In this document: positions 41,496 through 56,273 of the stretch, piece after piece | How the letters are laid out: each line of letters starts with the position of its first letter | Numbering within the stretch: position 1 is the stretch's first letter | DNA from: Azolla caroliniana | Taxonomy: Eukaryota > Plantae > Polypodiophyta | Length of the DNA stretch: 64,000 nt | Assembly: GCA_043228905.1 (NCBI GenBank) | Contig: JBHGNT010000016.1 | Location: 1,240,001 to 1,304,000 of the forward strand | Reading direction: 5' to 3' | Notes under the pieces: model-generated | The model's input: only the letters and a program-made list of their open reading frames with translations | Databases searched by the model: none | Told to the model about the DNA's origin: nothing | Translations under genes and position numbers: made by a program

Positions 41496-42137
41496 TGAAC
41501 CATGAATATTAACTTATCTTTCTGCATAAACTCTCAGAAAAGGAAATGAACTTAATTGTATTCACATATTTATTTGAGCATATGAGCTTTTGATTGTAGT
41601 GTAGGCCACCTGTTATGTTCTCGATCTAGTGCAATGTTGAATCAAGATGTCTGATAAGGTGTTCTTTGCAAGCACATCCACCTCATTCGGCCAATGTCAT
41701 AGTAATGTAGACTTAACAAGATATTGAGACTCTTGATTAAATCATTGCTGAAAAGTGGCACTTGGCTCCTTGATCCCTTGACAAATGGCAGCCCATTCTA
41801 AAGTTTGTAAGGTAGTGAACCATGAATATTAACTTATCTTTTTGCCTAAACTCTCGGAAATAGAAATCGACTTAATTGTATTCACATATATATTTGAGCA
41901 TATGAGCTTTTGATTGTAGTGTAGGCCACCTGTTATGTTCTCGATGTAGTGCAGTGTTGAATCATGATGTCTAATAAGGTGTTCTTTGCAAGCACATCCA
42001 CCTCATTTAGCCAATGTCATAGTAATGTAGACTTAACAAGATATTGAGATTCTTGATTAAATCATTGCTAAAAAGTGGCACTTGGTTCCTTCATCCTTGA
42101 CAAATGGCAGCCCGTTCTAAAGTTTGTAAGGTAGTGT
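41496..42137. repeat. Tandem duplication, 320-bp unit x2, downstream of the MAPK
   Basis: TGAACCATGAATATTAAC...AAGTTTGTAAGGTAG at 41496 and 41816, with few substitutions. Confidence 0.97.
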
Positions 42138-43444
42138 TCAACTAATGAAGCATTGGATGGAAAGAGGGGGGCCCATTGTAAGGAATCTCATAATTCCAAA
42201 GCCAATGAAATTTAGTGAAAGGTAATCAGCTTTTGTTTAAACATGTTTTTTGGGGGTGTTTTGCCTAAATCTACATACCTTGATATTGTGGAAGGTCTTT
42301 ATCCTAGAAAGACGTTATACCTTGGAGGTATGTCCAGGTCCTCAATTCAATTTCTGCACTTCAAGTTGGTTTTTGAATAATGCAAAGGCATATTACATTA
42401 TCTCTCTATTGTTTTATGACCTAGCAGTGGCTGAGAGGATATTTTGTGAGCCTTGAGCTTGTTAATACTTTTGTGTTCCTTAAATCATGGTTTTGTAAGA
42501 ATCATGCTTACAATGTTTGTAGTTCAATGTGATTCCATCATGTTTGTTATTGAGCTAACACACCTTTTTTCCCTCTTTTATTAATGGGAGTCACATAATG
42601 CATAGTAGAAGCACAATTCTTACAATGTTATGCTAGAGCTCCAAAAACATTTTCTCATATTCCTTTCCAACAAATGAGGCAAGAAAACTTTTGTTTATTT
42701 ATAACAGAAGTCGAAGTTCAATTAGTTGTGGGCTATAGTGTGGAATATTTGGTGTACGTAAGCTTGGCATAGCTAGTGAAAGGTAGTGCGGAGGCATTAT
42801 TAACATTTTAAATATTGTAATTGCTTACTTTGGAATATAGGGCCAAGCTTGGAGCCCTTAATAAGCAGTAGTACATGAATTAACACATAAAGTAAAATAT
42901 GATGGTATCGTAGATGTTGCTCATAATGTCTTTTCAATGTTAATGTTTGTTAAAACTCAATAATGCGGGTTAGGAGAATAAAGCTTGAATTCCTTTTTGT
43001 TGGAGCAAAGAGCTAATGCTTGTAATCATGATCTCCAATTAAAATGATGAATGTTGATCTTAAACAATATGATGAATGCAATACAAACCCAATGTTTAGG
43101 AGCAAGTCAATTGGACTCAGCAGTCAAGCCGTCCTTGATTAATTTTGCAAAATATCTATGTAACATCTTAAAGTGCACATTATCAAAATATAGACTTATT
43201 GGAAGTTTAAAATCTTGGTAAGGTAAGTTCTCTAGGTTGTATGTTGAGAATTATATTCCCATGTTTTGCTTTAAAATATGTATTTTTGAAATTGAAAACA
43301 AATATAATGATGTCTTGGTTGAACTGTAAAAATATATAATAATTCCTCATCCTAAAGTAAAGATTTAGTGTATATGTGCTTCAAAATATTAAAACTAAGT
43401 GAAGTAGTAAGTATGGCCAAAGCTAAGGAAGTTGAGTAAACAAG

Positions 43445-43610
43445 GAGAGAGAAAGAAAGAAAGATATATTAATGTCTTCAAAGACCAAAATTGGGCCATG
43501 AGACAATTGGTTTACAATAAAATGGGATGTGTACCCTATGATCGAAAAATAAAATAAAATAACAATAAAACTGAGATAAAAGAGTTATAGTATTGTGCAA
43601 AACGTGCTAT
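43445..43610 (-). mobile_element. LINE 3' tail fragment
   Basis: Reverse-complement homolog of 54345-54490; ends in a (CTTT)/(CT) run on the element strand. Confidence 0.7.
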
Positions 43611-44909
43611 GGTTTAACATATTCTATAAAGGAAATGGATTTGTGCTAGGCCTAGTTTCATTTCCATCTAAGTCTCTTGAAAAGGAGTGGGAGGATAAAG
43701 GGTTTCGATGTCGGTGTGGCCCGTGGTCCTAATGTAAAAGGTACCCCAACCATAGCTTCTAAGTTGTATAACTCACGTTCCCTTATCTTCTTAATTGCTT
43801 CTACATCGCGAGTTATGTTGAGGCCCAAAAAACAAGGGAGATGTTGAGTGGTATAGATATGTCCACATTCATCGTCTCCCCCTGTCCCTAAAAAAATTTC
43901 ATTGGTTACATGTTGGTGAATATTAGAAAGGTTATGGTTAACATTTTGTGGCTTATTCTCTCTGTTGTTTTAGCTCTAAAATATATCTATCTAGTTTCTT
44001 TATACTTGGGGTATCTAATAGTTTGGAGAGAAAAGAGTGATTGATCCATGTAATTGCCAATCCTTGATACTATAACCTTCTAACAATGGTCTATTGATTT
44101 GTCATTAAAATAAGACCGTTATTTTGCAAAACAATTCTGAATTAGAGCTAAAACAGGGTTTATTTTCATATCATGCTTCATTCTTTTTATAACTTTATCT
44201 TTGTTCTTGTTTTCAAATGAAGGGTGCTCTAGTATAAGACCCTAAAATTGAAGGGGACATTTTAAATTTAAATGTAAAATAAAGGGCAATTGAAGTTGAA
44301 GATGGTCACTAAATATATATAAAGGGCATGTATGATTGTCAATGTACAACCCCATACTAAGCATATGAAAGTTATGATAGAAGCCAAGGAAGTTTCCAAC
44401 TTTGAAGGAGCTATCAACTACATTAGCCCAACTTGGGATTCTCTTAGAGGTTCTCACTCTCTCATCTGTATATGAACATATAACTAATAATAACTTAAAA
44501 GGCGAAATGATATGATGTAGATTGTGAGACAATAATGCTTTGGCACCATGTAATGTGGGTCAGTGCTTTGCCACTCAAGGATACAAATATTGTATTTAAA
44601 ACAAAAAAGAATGCTTAAAGATTTGCGTGTTGGAACATAATCAAATTCATATAATATTAACAATGATGATTATAACGACAATGTTTTTGACACCACGTGC
44701 ATTTATTTTTGTTGACCCTCATAACCCGAGAACTGATTTTTGTTGACTTTGGAAACTTGAAATAGTGGGGGGCAACCAAGAACACATGGTCATTTTTATG
44801 TATAACTCTTGTAGTGAAATACAATGAAGTGAGCATAGCTTAGATGAAGTGTGTTACAAATTCATAGACAAACATATATGTTGAGGAATTTGTTAAGGAT
44901 AGATACCAT

Positions 44910-47603
44910 ATGGAGGTTACTCTTGATGGTTCTGTGGATATCCATGGGAAACCAGCCCCAAGAAGGGCAACCGGGGGATTTAAGAGATCCTTCTTCATAT
45001 TGGGTAATTTTTTAGCTTTTCAATGGCACACTTTCTTGTTTTAATTTGGTCACATAATTTTATTCCCCAGTGTAACTACAAGACAAGCTCACCAATAATA
45101 ACTAAATTTATATAATCAAGTCAATTGATGATCTATAATAAACAAGTGTGCATAATTAAGTGCTCATTTATGAACCAATATTAGTAGCATAGACAAACAA
45201 AATAGTATAGTTGCTAAATATTTTCATTTTTGTTCTCTATTGAGTATGGACGTCTTGAAAGAAGTGATTATCAATGTCAAGAAATGGCTTGTAATGATTC
45301 ATTCATTGATGAATCATGATAGTAGTATGAGCAATGTTTTTAAATCTTCATGCCTTCAATCAATATGGATAGCAAATTTCCTAAACATTGATAATGGCAA
45401 TAATGTATTTGTGAAAATGGGTTCGTAAAAAAATATCTCATCTTATTATTATTATTATATGTGATGTAATAGTGAACCAAGGACTTGTTTGTCTGGGTCT
45501 CTATGGGGTTTCTACAAACCTAGTGATGTATCTAATCCGTGAGTTGAGGCAAGGGGCATCCTCAGCTGCTACCAATACAAGCAATTGGCAAGGAGCTGTC
45601 TACTTCTTCTCTGTCATTGGTGGTTTCGTGGGTGATGCGTACCTCGGAAGATATTGGGCTTCTTTTCTCTTCCAACTTTTGGGTATATCAGTAAGCACCC
45701 TTACTTATGACTCTACTCACACTTTTCACTATGGCCCCATAGTGTCATATTTGACATCCAAGGAGGATGATAATAAGATCTATCTATCTATCTTTGTTGT
45801 TGTGGATATTTATTATGTATTCAATGTTCATTATGTTTGCTCGTCTATCATATACACATTAAATGCGAAAACATTGTCCACATACCATTATGAACATTTT
45901 GTACATCATTGAGGGGGAGGCTTGTATTGTTTGCTACTTTAAGAAACTCATCATTCTTAAAAACCAATCATTCACTACTTTTTTGAAATTTGAATGTATA
46001 AAATATGTACTAGGGTCTTGTCCTTTTAAGCTTGGTTGCCACCATCCCTTCTCTGCATTCCCCACATTGTGAAGAAGGACAAAACCTTGATTGTGGCTCG
46101 ACTTCGACTTCCAAGTCCCAACTTGGCCTATTCTATAGTGCTATCTACATAATAGCTTTAGGCTATGGTTGTAATGTGCCCAACATCATAAGCTTTGGTG
46201 CGGACCAGTTTGACGATGGGCACCCACATGAGAGTGTACAAAAGCTTCACTTTTTCAATTGGTTCTATGTGGCTGTAACTTTTGGCACCCTTTTCTCGAG
46301 CTTGCTTCTTGTATACATCGAAAATGAAAGCAAGTGGGCACTCGGGTTTTGGATCTCGGCTGGTTCCGGTGTTTTTGCATTCTTTATGATTCTCATTCCC
46401 ACGACCACCTATCGATTTCATAAACCTAGTGGGAACCCCTTGCGTCGTATTGTGCAAGTGGTGGTGGCTTGTATGAGGAAGAAACATGTCAAGGTTCCAC
46501 TTGAGAGTATAGCCTTGTACGAAACTGATGGGGTAGAATCGGCTATCCAAGGCAGCAGAAAGATAGTCCACACCAAGACTTTGAGGTAATCCATTGGACG
46601 TTGATTTATTTTATTTTAGTTTGGTTGCTAAGTTATGAGCACACACACATGCCTATCACTAGCATTTATGTGCTCACAACATTTCCCTCATGACATGACA
46701 CTTCCTAAGTCTAATAATGATGTGTCAATCATGTACCTTGAGACTCATTGCAGATGTTTTGATAAAGCGGCGACAATTACGGACGATGAAGTGGACAAGT
46801 CGGACATGGAGAATAAGGGCCCTCGGATTGTGTCTACCACGTGGCGACTTTGTACTGTGACACAAGTAGAGGAAGTGAAGTGGCTATGCCGCATGATTCC
46901 CATTTGGATATGCACAATTTTCTATACTACGGCATACACACAAGTGTTCTCACTCTTTGTCATCCAAGGGGCAGCAATGGACACCCATCTAGGAGGCTTC
47001 AATGTTCCACCCGGGTCGTTGTATGCGGTTGATTGTGTGACCGTGGTGGCATGCATTATGGCATATAACAAGTGGCTCATGCCTTTGGCTAAACGGTGGA
47101 CGGGCCGTCAGGATGGCTTGAGTGGGCTACAAAGAATAGGACTAGGAATGCCAATAATAGTCCTTGCCATGTTGGAAGCAGGGTTAGTGGAAATGGTTCG
47201 GTTAAGAAAAAGGGGGACCGGTGGAAACATTAGCATCTTGTGGCAAGTGCCTCAATTCATGACCACCGGTATATCGGAAACTTTCACATACATTGGCCAA
47301 ATGCAATTCTTTTATGACCAGGCACCGGATGCAATGCGTAGCATAGGCTCTACGTTGACACCGGCATCGACCGCACTCGGCAACTATGTGAACATATTGC
47401 TAGTGCTCGCTATAAGTAGACTAACCGGTAACCCCGGTTGGATTCCTAACTCGGGCTCCATTGATATGGGACACCTAGACTACTTCTTCTTTACTATTGC
47501 TATTCTTACACTTATCAATTTTGGGTTCTTTTGCTTGGTTTCGATAGGGTACAAGTACATCGAACGACATGAAATTTCGCCCTCTCTTCCAACTATGTCG
47601 TAA
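44910..47603 (+). CDS. NPF7: NRT1/PTR family (NPF) transporter, NPF7-like, copy 1
   Basis: Exons 44910-45003, 45473-45690, 46014-46585 and 46754-47603. DGSVD..G.PA....TGG, NQGL in place of ExxER/K (NPF7 trait), FGADQFD, LCTVTQVEEVK, LQRIG.G, FFYDQAPDAMRS, GHLDYFF. Confidence 0.95.
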
Positions 47604-48939
47604 TGTTTCATGGTCAATGAGATCATGATCGTGCACGAACGAAAAGCTTCCACTGATCTGCCTTGTAATAATACATTGCACTTGATACAATATACAAGTT
47701 GTACTTTGTATTCTAGTTTAGTGCCATAACTTCCAAGGGAAAGGGAAGAACTAGCTCGAATTGCGATTAGTTAAACACAATATTCATCGTGATCACTTTG
47801 AAATTTTGACACATAGAATATCCTTGACTGGAACAACCAACAATTTATAATGGATAGGACTTTGTTTAAAACACTATATGACATGATCACAAACGATGAT
47901 GAGTGAATATATGACATGATCAATTTAGCTACCAACCCATGTACCACTTAATAGCTCTCGATTTTGAGTACTTTGTATTGCATGCAAGAAATATCCAAAA
48001 CCATCGTTTCCAATCGTAAAGATGGCTATGTTATGTGTAGGAAATTCATACTTGAGTTTGTAGAGGAATTAAGTGGAAGAGTGATATGAATTTAAGATTC
48101 ATTAGTGATTTGCTCATATGAACTAGATAGAACATAATCAATAGCTCATAGTAAGAGTCAAGAAATTTCGGATGTTTTAGTCCTTTAAAATTGATGAAAG
48201 AGGTTCTCTTCCAACATGTGTCCTAGCTATCATGTACCCATGAAATCAAAGACCCGTCATATTACAAGAACAAGAAGGAATGATTTGATGTTGAGTTTAG
48301 TTGGTCTAGCAATTTGTCATTTGTTGTGTATGTAGGTGTGTACATATAATGCAAAAGAGCACACATATTTTATCTTTTATCTCAATAATCATAGATGAAC
48401 ATATGCACACAAGTAGATCCTTAGGGAGCTTCACATTATTCTATAGTTATTTCATAATTAATCTTATAATACTTGGGAGTGGGGACAATCAACGCCATGA
48501 TATTTTGTTGATTGATTTCCTAACAATAACAAGATGTCAAATGCCTATAATATATTATCACACTAATAGGGGCATCCAATATGTAATTCTAGTAACATTT
48601 ACTTATTGATATAGCGATCATTGCGAAAAATGTTTACCAAATACATAAAATTTTCTATTTTATTTTATTTATTTATTTTAATTTTTCCTAAAAAAGACCA
48701 TTCAATTAGTTATAACATTTTACAGATGAGAATGTTATATACAAATCTTAGTAGGGACGTGATAGTTCCATCTTATGTGGAGGCCCACCGACTCAGGAAA
48801 GGGAGAGGACAACCATTGTTAGATGGAGGCTAATTGTTGTCTTTCGACAAATACATAATCATTACAATAACTACATAAATTATTAGGAAAATACATGATG
48901 TGATGCCATTTAGCACCATGCTTTAAAGCTGTCGAAAAC

Positions 48940-49340
48940 ACACCATTTATCTCAATACAACCTACATGAATGTAGATAATTAGATTTAAAATACTTTAAA
49001 GAATCTTCGTTCAACCTAAACAAATGTAGACGATTAGATTTAAAATACTTTAAAGAATCTTCGTTCAACCTAAACAAATGTGGACGATTAGATTTAAAAT
49101 ACTTTACAGAATCTTGGTACAATAATATGATGTGATGTCATTCAATACCATGCTTCAAAGTTGTTGCAAACATACAATTCATCTCAATACAACCTAAACA
49201 AATGTAGATGATTAGATTGAAAATCATTTACAGAATCTTGGTACAATAATATGGTGTGATGTCATTCAACACCATGCTTCAAAGCTATTACAAACATACA
49301 ATTCATCTCAATGCAACCTAAAAGAATATAGATGATTGAA
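48940..49340. repeat. Nested tandem repeats (57-bp and ~137-bp units)
   Basis: CAACCTAAACAAATGT.GA.GATTAGATTTAAAATACTTTA recurs; GAATCTTGGTACAATAATATG..GTGATGTCATTCAA occurs twice. Confidence 0.85.
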
Positions 49341-50200
49341 TTGAAACTATTGTATATTACATTTTATATCGACGCAAATATTGGTATAGTTACCCTCATA
49401 TTCAAGCAAGAAGGAAATGTGGCATCTTGCAACAAGCTTATGAAACTAATGGAGATGATGAGGTTCTCAAAGTCTAGTACATTGCTCTTGAAACTCACCC
49501 TTCTAGGGTTTCCTTTTTTTGCTCCTCCTACTTTCGACATGTAGTTGGGAGTCGACATTCTGTGAATATCATTCTCCATTGCCATAAGTTGGATCTTCCG
49601 TCATTGACACTACGATTGTTGTTTGACTGTGAATAATGCAATTGTCTTCCAAAGGTTGTGCTCTTTGTGTCAACTTGGTTATCTTCTACCAACAACATTG
49701 ATTGGAGGGTGAAGGACAACAAAGTTTCTATAGTGGCTTTCATGATCGGTATATAATTTCCATTATCATAGTGATTGCCATGGTGTTTTGACATGCTTGT
49801 GCATATGAGTGTCTTGTGAATGTAAATTGTTTGTTGGAGTACATGGGTGAAAAAAACATACATATACATGCGTAGTGTGTGTGTTAAAGGACGAATACAA
49901 ATGGTATGGACTATTTACATAAATAGTAAAAAATAGTTAAAAGGCTTAAGTCAACCCTAAAATGTATATGTGATACACGTAAAGTTTAGTTTGGAACATA
50001 GTGAAAAGTAAATATGTTTGTGTGAACAGTGTTTTCACACATTCACTCACTCTCTCAATCTCTAGAATTGCATGGGAAGCAAGTAAAAAGATCCAAAAGA
50101 CACTTAAAAAGCAAAATTTTGTATTCCGGTTGGATGCAAGATATGAAAAACTGGTTTGGTGGATGGGATGCACCACATTTGCTTCATGATGCATCACTTG

Positions 50201-50710
50201 TAACAATCAACAACGATTCAGTTCGAGAGTGTCCAAATCGAACCGGTTAAAAATATTGAAACCTAAACCGAACCGAACCACGAAATTGTTTAAACCGAAC
50301 CATTTGGTAAAAATCCAAACCATTAAACCATTAAACCGCAGTTTGTAGTTCAGTTTCGATTTTCAACCTAAGTCAAAATTCAATTTTAAAATTTTAAAGA
50401 TTTTTCCTAAAATGTGAGAATTAGGCTTAAAAATAAAAAGGTTGTTTAAAAATAAATAAATAATTTTATATTTAATTTTTAAATTTTTAAATTTAAAAAA
50501 ATAAAAATAAAAAATAACCATCAAACCGTTTAAACTGTGGTTTAAAACCATTAAAACTGAACTGAACCAAAATGTTCACCCCCCGAATTGAACTGAAACC
50601 GAACCGTTTACAAAAACTTGAACTTGAACCGAATCGTTTAAATTGTTAAGTCGTTAAGCCGTGGTTTCGCAATTCCGTTCGGTTCGGAACCAAACTGTTG
50701 CCGATTGTTA
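50201..50710. mobile_element. Non-autonomous hAT element (MITE-like)
   Basis: TIR TAACAATCAACAAC / reverse complement TAACAATCGGCAAC; TSD ATCACTTG (50193-50200) / ATCACTAG (50711-50718); AACCG subterminal repeats. Confidence 0.9.
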
Positions 50711-50739
50711 ATCACTAGATTCCTCTGTAAATGAGGCCT

Positions 50740-51230
50740 TTTTGCAATGTCAATCTATCATGTCATGGGAAAAATGTGGAGGCTCATGCTTCACACATTA
50801 TACTACATGTGTTGCACCTAACTACAAAACCATATTCTTCACGGAATGGGGAAGTTGTACACATGTCTGTGATTCAAACCTTTGCTTCCATGCGACTTAG
50901 CTCACATGCATTGCGATGTGAGACAGGGCATTGGGGCCCAAGAGATAAGAGTGGTAGACTATGCACACTTTGCCCTAAACAAGTTTGAGAGTCCGAGCAT
51001 CACATTTTGATACAATACTTTGCCTTTGACCATATTTGACCATGCTTTGCACACATCTTCAACCAAGCGCAATCCTTGCACGCATTTCTCTTACAACCAC
51101 ACAATGTGTCAGTCTCTCAATTACAACATTCATTCGTAAAGTTCTTGAACATCGAGAGTCACTACTCACTTTCACACGTATCACGTGAAATGTAATTTTT
51201 TTGGTCTCATAGGTCATATTTGACCGCCGA
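50740..51230 (+). mobile_element. LINE (RTE/L2-like) ORF2 C-terminal fragment
   Basis: SSHALRCETGHW...RLCTLC...ESEHH, a C-terminal zinc-knuckle motif. Confidence 0.75.
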
Positions 51231-51899
51231 AGTCGATTATAATTGGTATTGACCATATGTTGACTATAGCTTCTTATATTTTGATGTAAAGTGCGATATC
51301 TTCAATGCCACCGGCTCTAGTCAACCAAGCCGTCACACCACACTACATTTCACACATGAGCTCTCTGAACCTACTCTTGACATGTTCAAGCTTATCTCTC
51401 CTCTCTTGTTTCTTAGTTGCCTTTAGAGAGTCTTACGCCACAACTCACATACATCCTTCCTTCCACAACAATTAGCAATTTCCCAAACATGAAACACTTC
51501 AAGCAAGGTAGAGTATGGTTTATGCCACAAAATAGATGGTATGATGAGGATTGCAGAGAATTATATTGAAAACTTAAAGTATCCCGACTTGCTGGGAATA
51601 TTACCCTAGTACAAGCTCACAAAGAAATGCGAAAACCATGACACGTTGTAAGAGATGAGTGTGGGAGGCATCTAAATATTGGTAACTCTACATATGCTTA
51701 GGAGTAATGATTGTGCCACTACCCCGACGAGACAACTACCAATACCATGAACAATAATCAATGATCCTAACACTTGGTACATATACAAAGACACTTTACC
51801 AAGTCCCAAACCAACCACCCATTCCTATGCCTTCTACACTCAACCTACAATGGTGAAAATTGTTGACATGACCTTTATGGTCACTAAGGTCATAATGAA

Positions 51900-54490
51900 A
51901 TTACAATATAGAAAGTCCATGGATAACATAGAATTGCAACCTAAGCACATCATATACATATGTTAGAGACAACCTAGCTCGAGATTGCCTAAACTTTCGC
52001 AAAGCTTTTGACATAATCCCTAGAAAGCAATTCTTTGATAGGCTTAAAAGCTTGGAGATACTTGATGACATGATTTGGGCCATCTATGCTTTATATGAGC
52101 AAGTATCTGGGTTCGTACAATGTCCGAGTGGCCAATCCAATTGCTTCACTAGCACCATTGGTGTCAAACAAGGTTGTCCCCTTTCACTAACTCATTTTGC
52201 GATCTACATTGATGAAATTACTGATTTTATTGCTTGCAAAGAAACATAGTTGTCACAGGGGTACGCAAGTCAATCTCTTGCTATATACAAATGACATAGT
52301 AAATTTACTCTCCGAGTCTAAACACAACCGACAAAAACACCTTAATGCCTTAGATGACATTTGCATGCAAAGAGGATTGGTAGTGAATCTAGGGAATACG
52401 AAAGTCCTTATCTTCAACACATTTGCTTGAGTTAGGACTCAATGTCACCTAACACTCTCTCATAGATTAGTTGAGGAAGTTGGATCATATGTATATCGTT
52501 GGAGTTACTTTTAGTGCTCGCTCATTTAAATTTTCAATGATGTAGGTAGCCAAAGATAGACCAACAAGAGGATATGCATCCCTCTCACTCTTAGGGAGAC
52601 AATGCCACCGAACATACTTTTAGGGGTGGCTCTTCGAATCATTAGTGACCCCTTCCCTCATGTAAGCATTAGTGGTTTGGGCTCCAAGGCTACCACCTTT
52701 CATGTAGGCGAAATTAAAGAGACAATCGGTGACGATGTTAACACGTCAACTGTGAAGCAAATCAATTGTGCCACATGACATCAAATTTAGAGTAGAATTC
52801 ACTTTACCCCTATGCTAGTAGAAGCAGCTCTTCTTGAACTAGTGGATACATAGCCAATCACAAGATAGGATATATTGTCAAGCTTTCGAGGCATCTCGAT
52901 CACTCTATAAATTCGGTGATACTAGCTCCTGGTATAACATTGTGGGAAGTTGGCATTTTGCAAACGGCCTAGATATTAACAACCTACCTTCTCTTAGGTA
53001 CAACCACGAGACTAATAAGATATACGCCAAGAAATATGGCAAATTTACATTAGACATGAATGGATCAACCCATAAGAGTCACTCCCATCTAAAATGTTGT
53101 ACATAAGGAACACTTCATGCATTTCTCTAAGTTACGTTTTATTATACGACTAGAATATCTAGACACATTCTAACAAAATGTACTAAGGATTGCTATTAAA
53201 CAACTTAGAGTATCACCTCACCAACTTGAGATTGAAAATAGCCATGTTAATGGAGGCCTAGAGTGGAAAGGATATGTAGATTATGTCACGTGGAGATAGA
53301 GGATGAGTATCACTTTACATGCAAGTGTCTAGTTATGTGGAGATAAGGGGAAAATACCAAGTTATACTAGGACCCTCTCCCAACTATTGGATACCTCAGT
53401 GTCACAGACACACCAACCATGAACTACGATGTAGCACGGATGACGAGGCTATGACCAATTAGGCTATGAACGTGGAACTGGAAGTGACGAGGCTAGGAAC
53501 TCCAGAAGTTGTGAGTGATGAGACTATGAACTTAGGAAGTTAGGATTAACTGGAGAGCATGAATACAAATATGAAGATCAAGGAGACAATATGACATGAA
53601 ATGAGAATACTAGATTGATGTGTCAATGTCTAGTGTTGAATCCCTTGATAGGGATCAAGGAGGTTACAAGTATTTACATTGTGAGCGGAGGTACATGCAT
53701 TAGAATATTTTGAAGAATATTCTAGAACCTTCTAGAACTTTCTAGATGTCTAGGGAGTATATCAAGTACATCTTATACAATGATATGTAGATCAAGTATA
53801 AATTATACAATGCTCATATCAAGATGGTTGAGCATGACGCATTATTGATGTGAGGTTACCAGTTCAATCCTCACCAACTATGTATTTTATGTCATTGTAT
53901 CGTGACACTCAGATATAATGACACTAGTTAGGTATATATTAGACCTAAAACTACATAGAGAGAATAAGCTATAAAATGTTAACATAACATTTCTAATATT
54001 GAACATGTAACCATTGAAATTTTTCAGGGACAAGGAGGGACAATGAACGTGGAAACAATTGTACCAGCTAGCCTCTCCCTCGTTGAAGTAGAAAACCAAA
54101 GAACAACCAAACGTCATTGAATACCATGCCACAAAGTCATTGCTTGTGTAGATTCAGCAAATGAGAATATAAGGGAACATGAGTTACCCCGCCCAAAAGC
54201 TATGCTCGGGATACCTTTTACATCGAAACCATGGACTACACCCACATTGAAACCCTTTGACCTACTACTACTTTTCGAGGGACTTGGATAGAAATGAAGC
54301 TAGTCTAAGCACATTTCCTTTATAGAATATGTTACACCCATAACATGTTTTGTACCACACTAAAACTCTTTTATCTATGTTTTTTGTTATTTTTTATATT
54401 CGATGATTGGGTACACATCCCATTATTATAGCCAATTGTCTCATGGGCGAAATTTGGTCTTAGAAGACAATAATATATCTTTCCTTCACA
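51900..54490 (+). mobile_element. Degenerate RTE/L2-like LINE (RT to 3' tail), interrupted by a solo LTR
   Basis: FRKAFD, GVKQGCPLS, LLYTNDIV (YADD-like), GLVVN..NTKV, RICRLCHVEIEDEYHF; the tail ends in TAATATATCTTT followed by (CA)n. Confidence 0.85.
53400..53907 (-). mobile_element. Solo LTR
   Basis: TGTCAC...GTGACA termini; perfect 5-bp TSD CTCAG (53395-53399 and 53908-53912); same family as 31188-31614. Confidence 0.92.
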
Positions 54491-55128
54491 CGCACACACA
54501 CACACATTCTACATTGTGTTTCGAATTAATTCAATCATCTTGAGCTAAATCACACGTTGATGCACAACATTGCTCTCCTCAATTCACAACATTTTGTATC
54601 ATAGTGAAGTTCACTATATCTTGAAGAGCACCTTTGATTTAGGATTGAGCATAACTTTTAGGGTTTAGTATAAATATATTTTTTCTTAGGGTTTTGGGCA
54701 AAGTTTGTTCGTTGTTCCTTCTATGTAGGTTGCAACGGATTTTTCGACTAAAAAGTCCGAGCACACGTGTGAAATTTATGAGTGGTGAGACTCGAACTAG
54801 CGAGACTAGTGATCAACTAATCAAGCAATGTTCATACATCATGGGATATACACAACACAAAACAAGATATGATGAAGTTTTTGCTAGGTCCAAAGTGTAC
54901 CGATGAACCTTGTTTTGTATCTAGGCCTTTCAGACTTAGGATGTTTAAATGTCCTTATGTTTGAAGAAGGGTCAAAAACATAATTAAATAAAAAGCATGA
55001 AGAAAACAAAGGAAAGAAGGAAGAGGGAAAAATCAATCGACGCTTCTCAGCTGCTAATAGCCAATAAGCAATAAAGAAGAAAAAAGCAACCCATCGATTA
55101 CTTCCCTAGGCAAAACAAACCCTGCCGC

Positions 55129-55259
55129 CACATACACATACACATACACACACGTAGATGTACACGTAGATGTACACACACATACACGCGTATACATACA
55201 CGTACACACACATATGTACATGTACACATACACATACACACGTAGACACGCACGCGCGT

Positions 55260-55291
<32 letters not shown>

Positions 55292-55325
55292 ATATGTGTA
55301 CACACACATACACACATGTACCAAC
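55129..55325. repeat. Compound (CA)n / purine-pyrimidine alternating tract
   Basis: About 200 bp of CA/TA/CG alternation. Confidence 0.95.
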
Positions 55326-56273
55326 ACAAGGAAACACTCAAGCATAAATTGTATTAAAGGTATAATACCACACTTATATATTTAAACATGCCCTTATACA
55401 TATTAGTCACATACACACAATTACACCTTAATGAAATGTACACATGCACAAATGCCAATTTGCCCTCAGTGATACATAATTATACCACTTATACACATAT
55501 AGATGTACATATCCACACGAATTTCTACACTTATACACAAACATTCTGTCCACACTCTTTGTGCATGACCACACACACACACAAATTAGGCCAAGAAAAA
55601 CAACTTGAAGAAGTGCTATGACACTATCATCTCCCCCACTCTTTATCGACAAAATCTACCTTGCTTCAAGTTCCAAGTGTCCCAACTCAAATTCACAAAC
55701 ATGCATGTAATTTCGCAACAAATGGCTACCTATATGACTAGTATGAGCCCAACTCAAGATTAGTGGAGGTGGGCCCTCTAGAGTCTCTCTCTCTCTCTCT
55801 CTCTCTCTAGATAAGTAACATGTGAGGTTATATGACGGAGATTGTAGGACTGGTAATGCTTTTGGAGCAGATAAGGTGGATGGCACTTAGTCACTTATCA
55901 ATGAATTTCAAAACAAAAATAATGTCTAAAGGTATCTCCTTTTTGAACTCAATGAAGTTCATATGATAATGATGGGAATGACGATGGTGATAGTGATAGT
56001 GATAGTGATGGTGCTTTTGACAATAAGTGCATTGCTAGTTTTTTATGACCCTAGGAAATTGGGATGGGTTCTCTATTGACTTATTGACTTTGAAATCATC
56101 AAGTTGGGGGGGCACACCTAAGAACACATTGATGTATACAAATTGGGTCCTCAGATACATATAATGAAGAGAGCATACCTTAAAGGAAGTGTGATTACAA
56201 CAAAATTGAGATAGATACATACATATATATGTGCTAAGGAATTTGTTGAGGATAAATACCATTCCATTCCATT

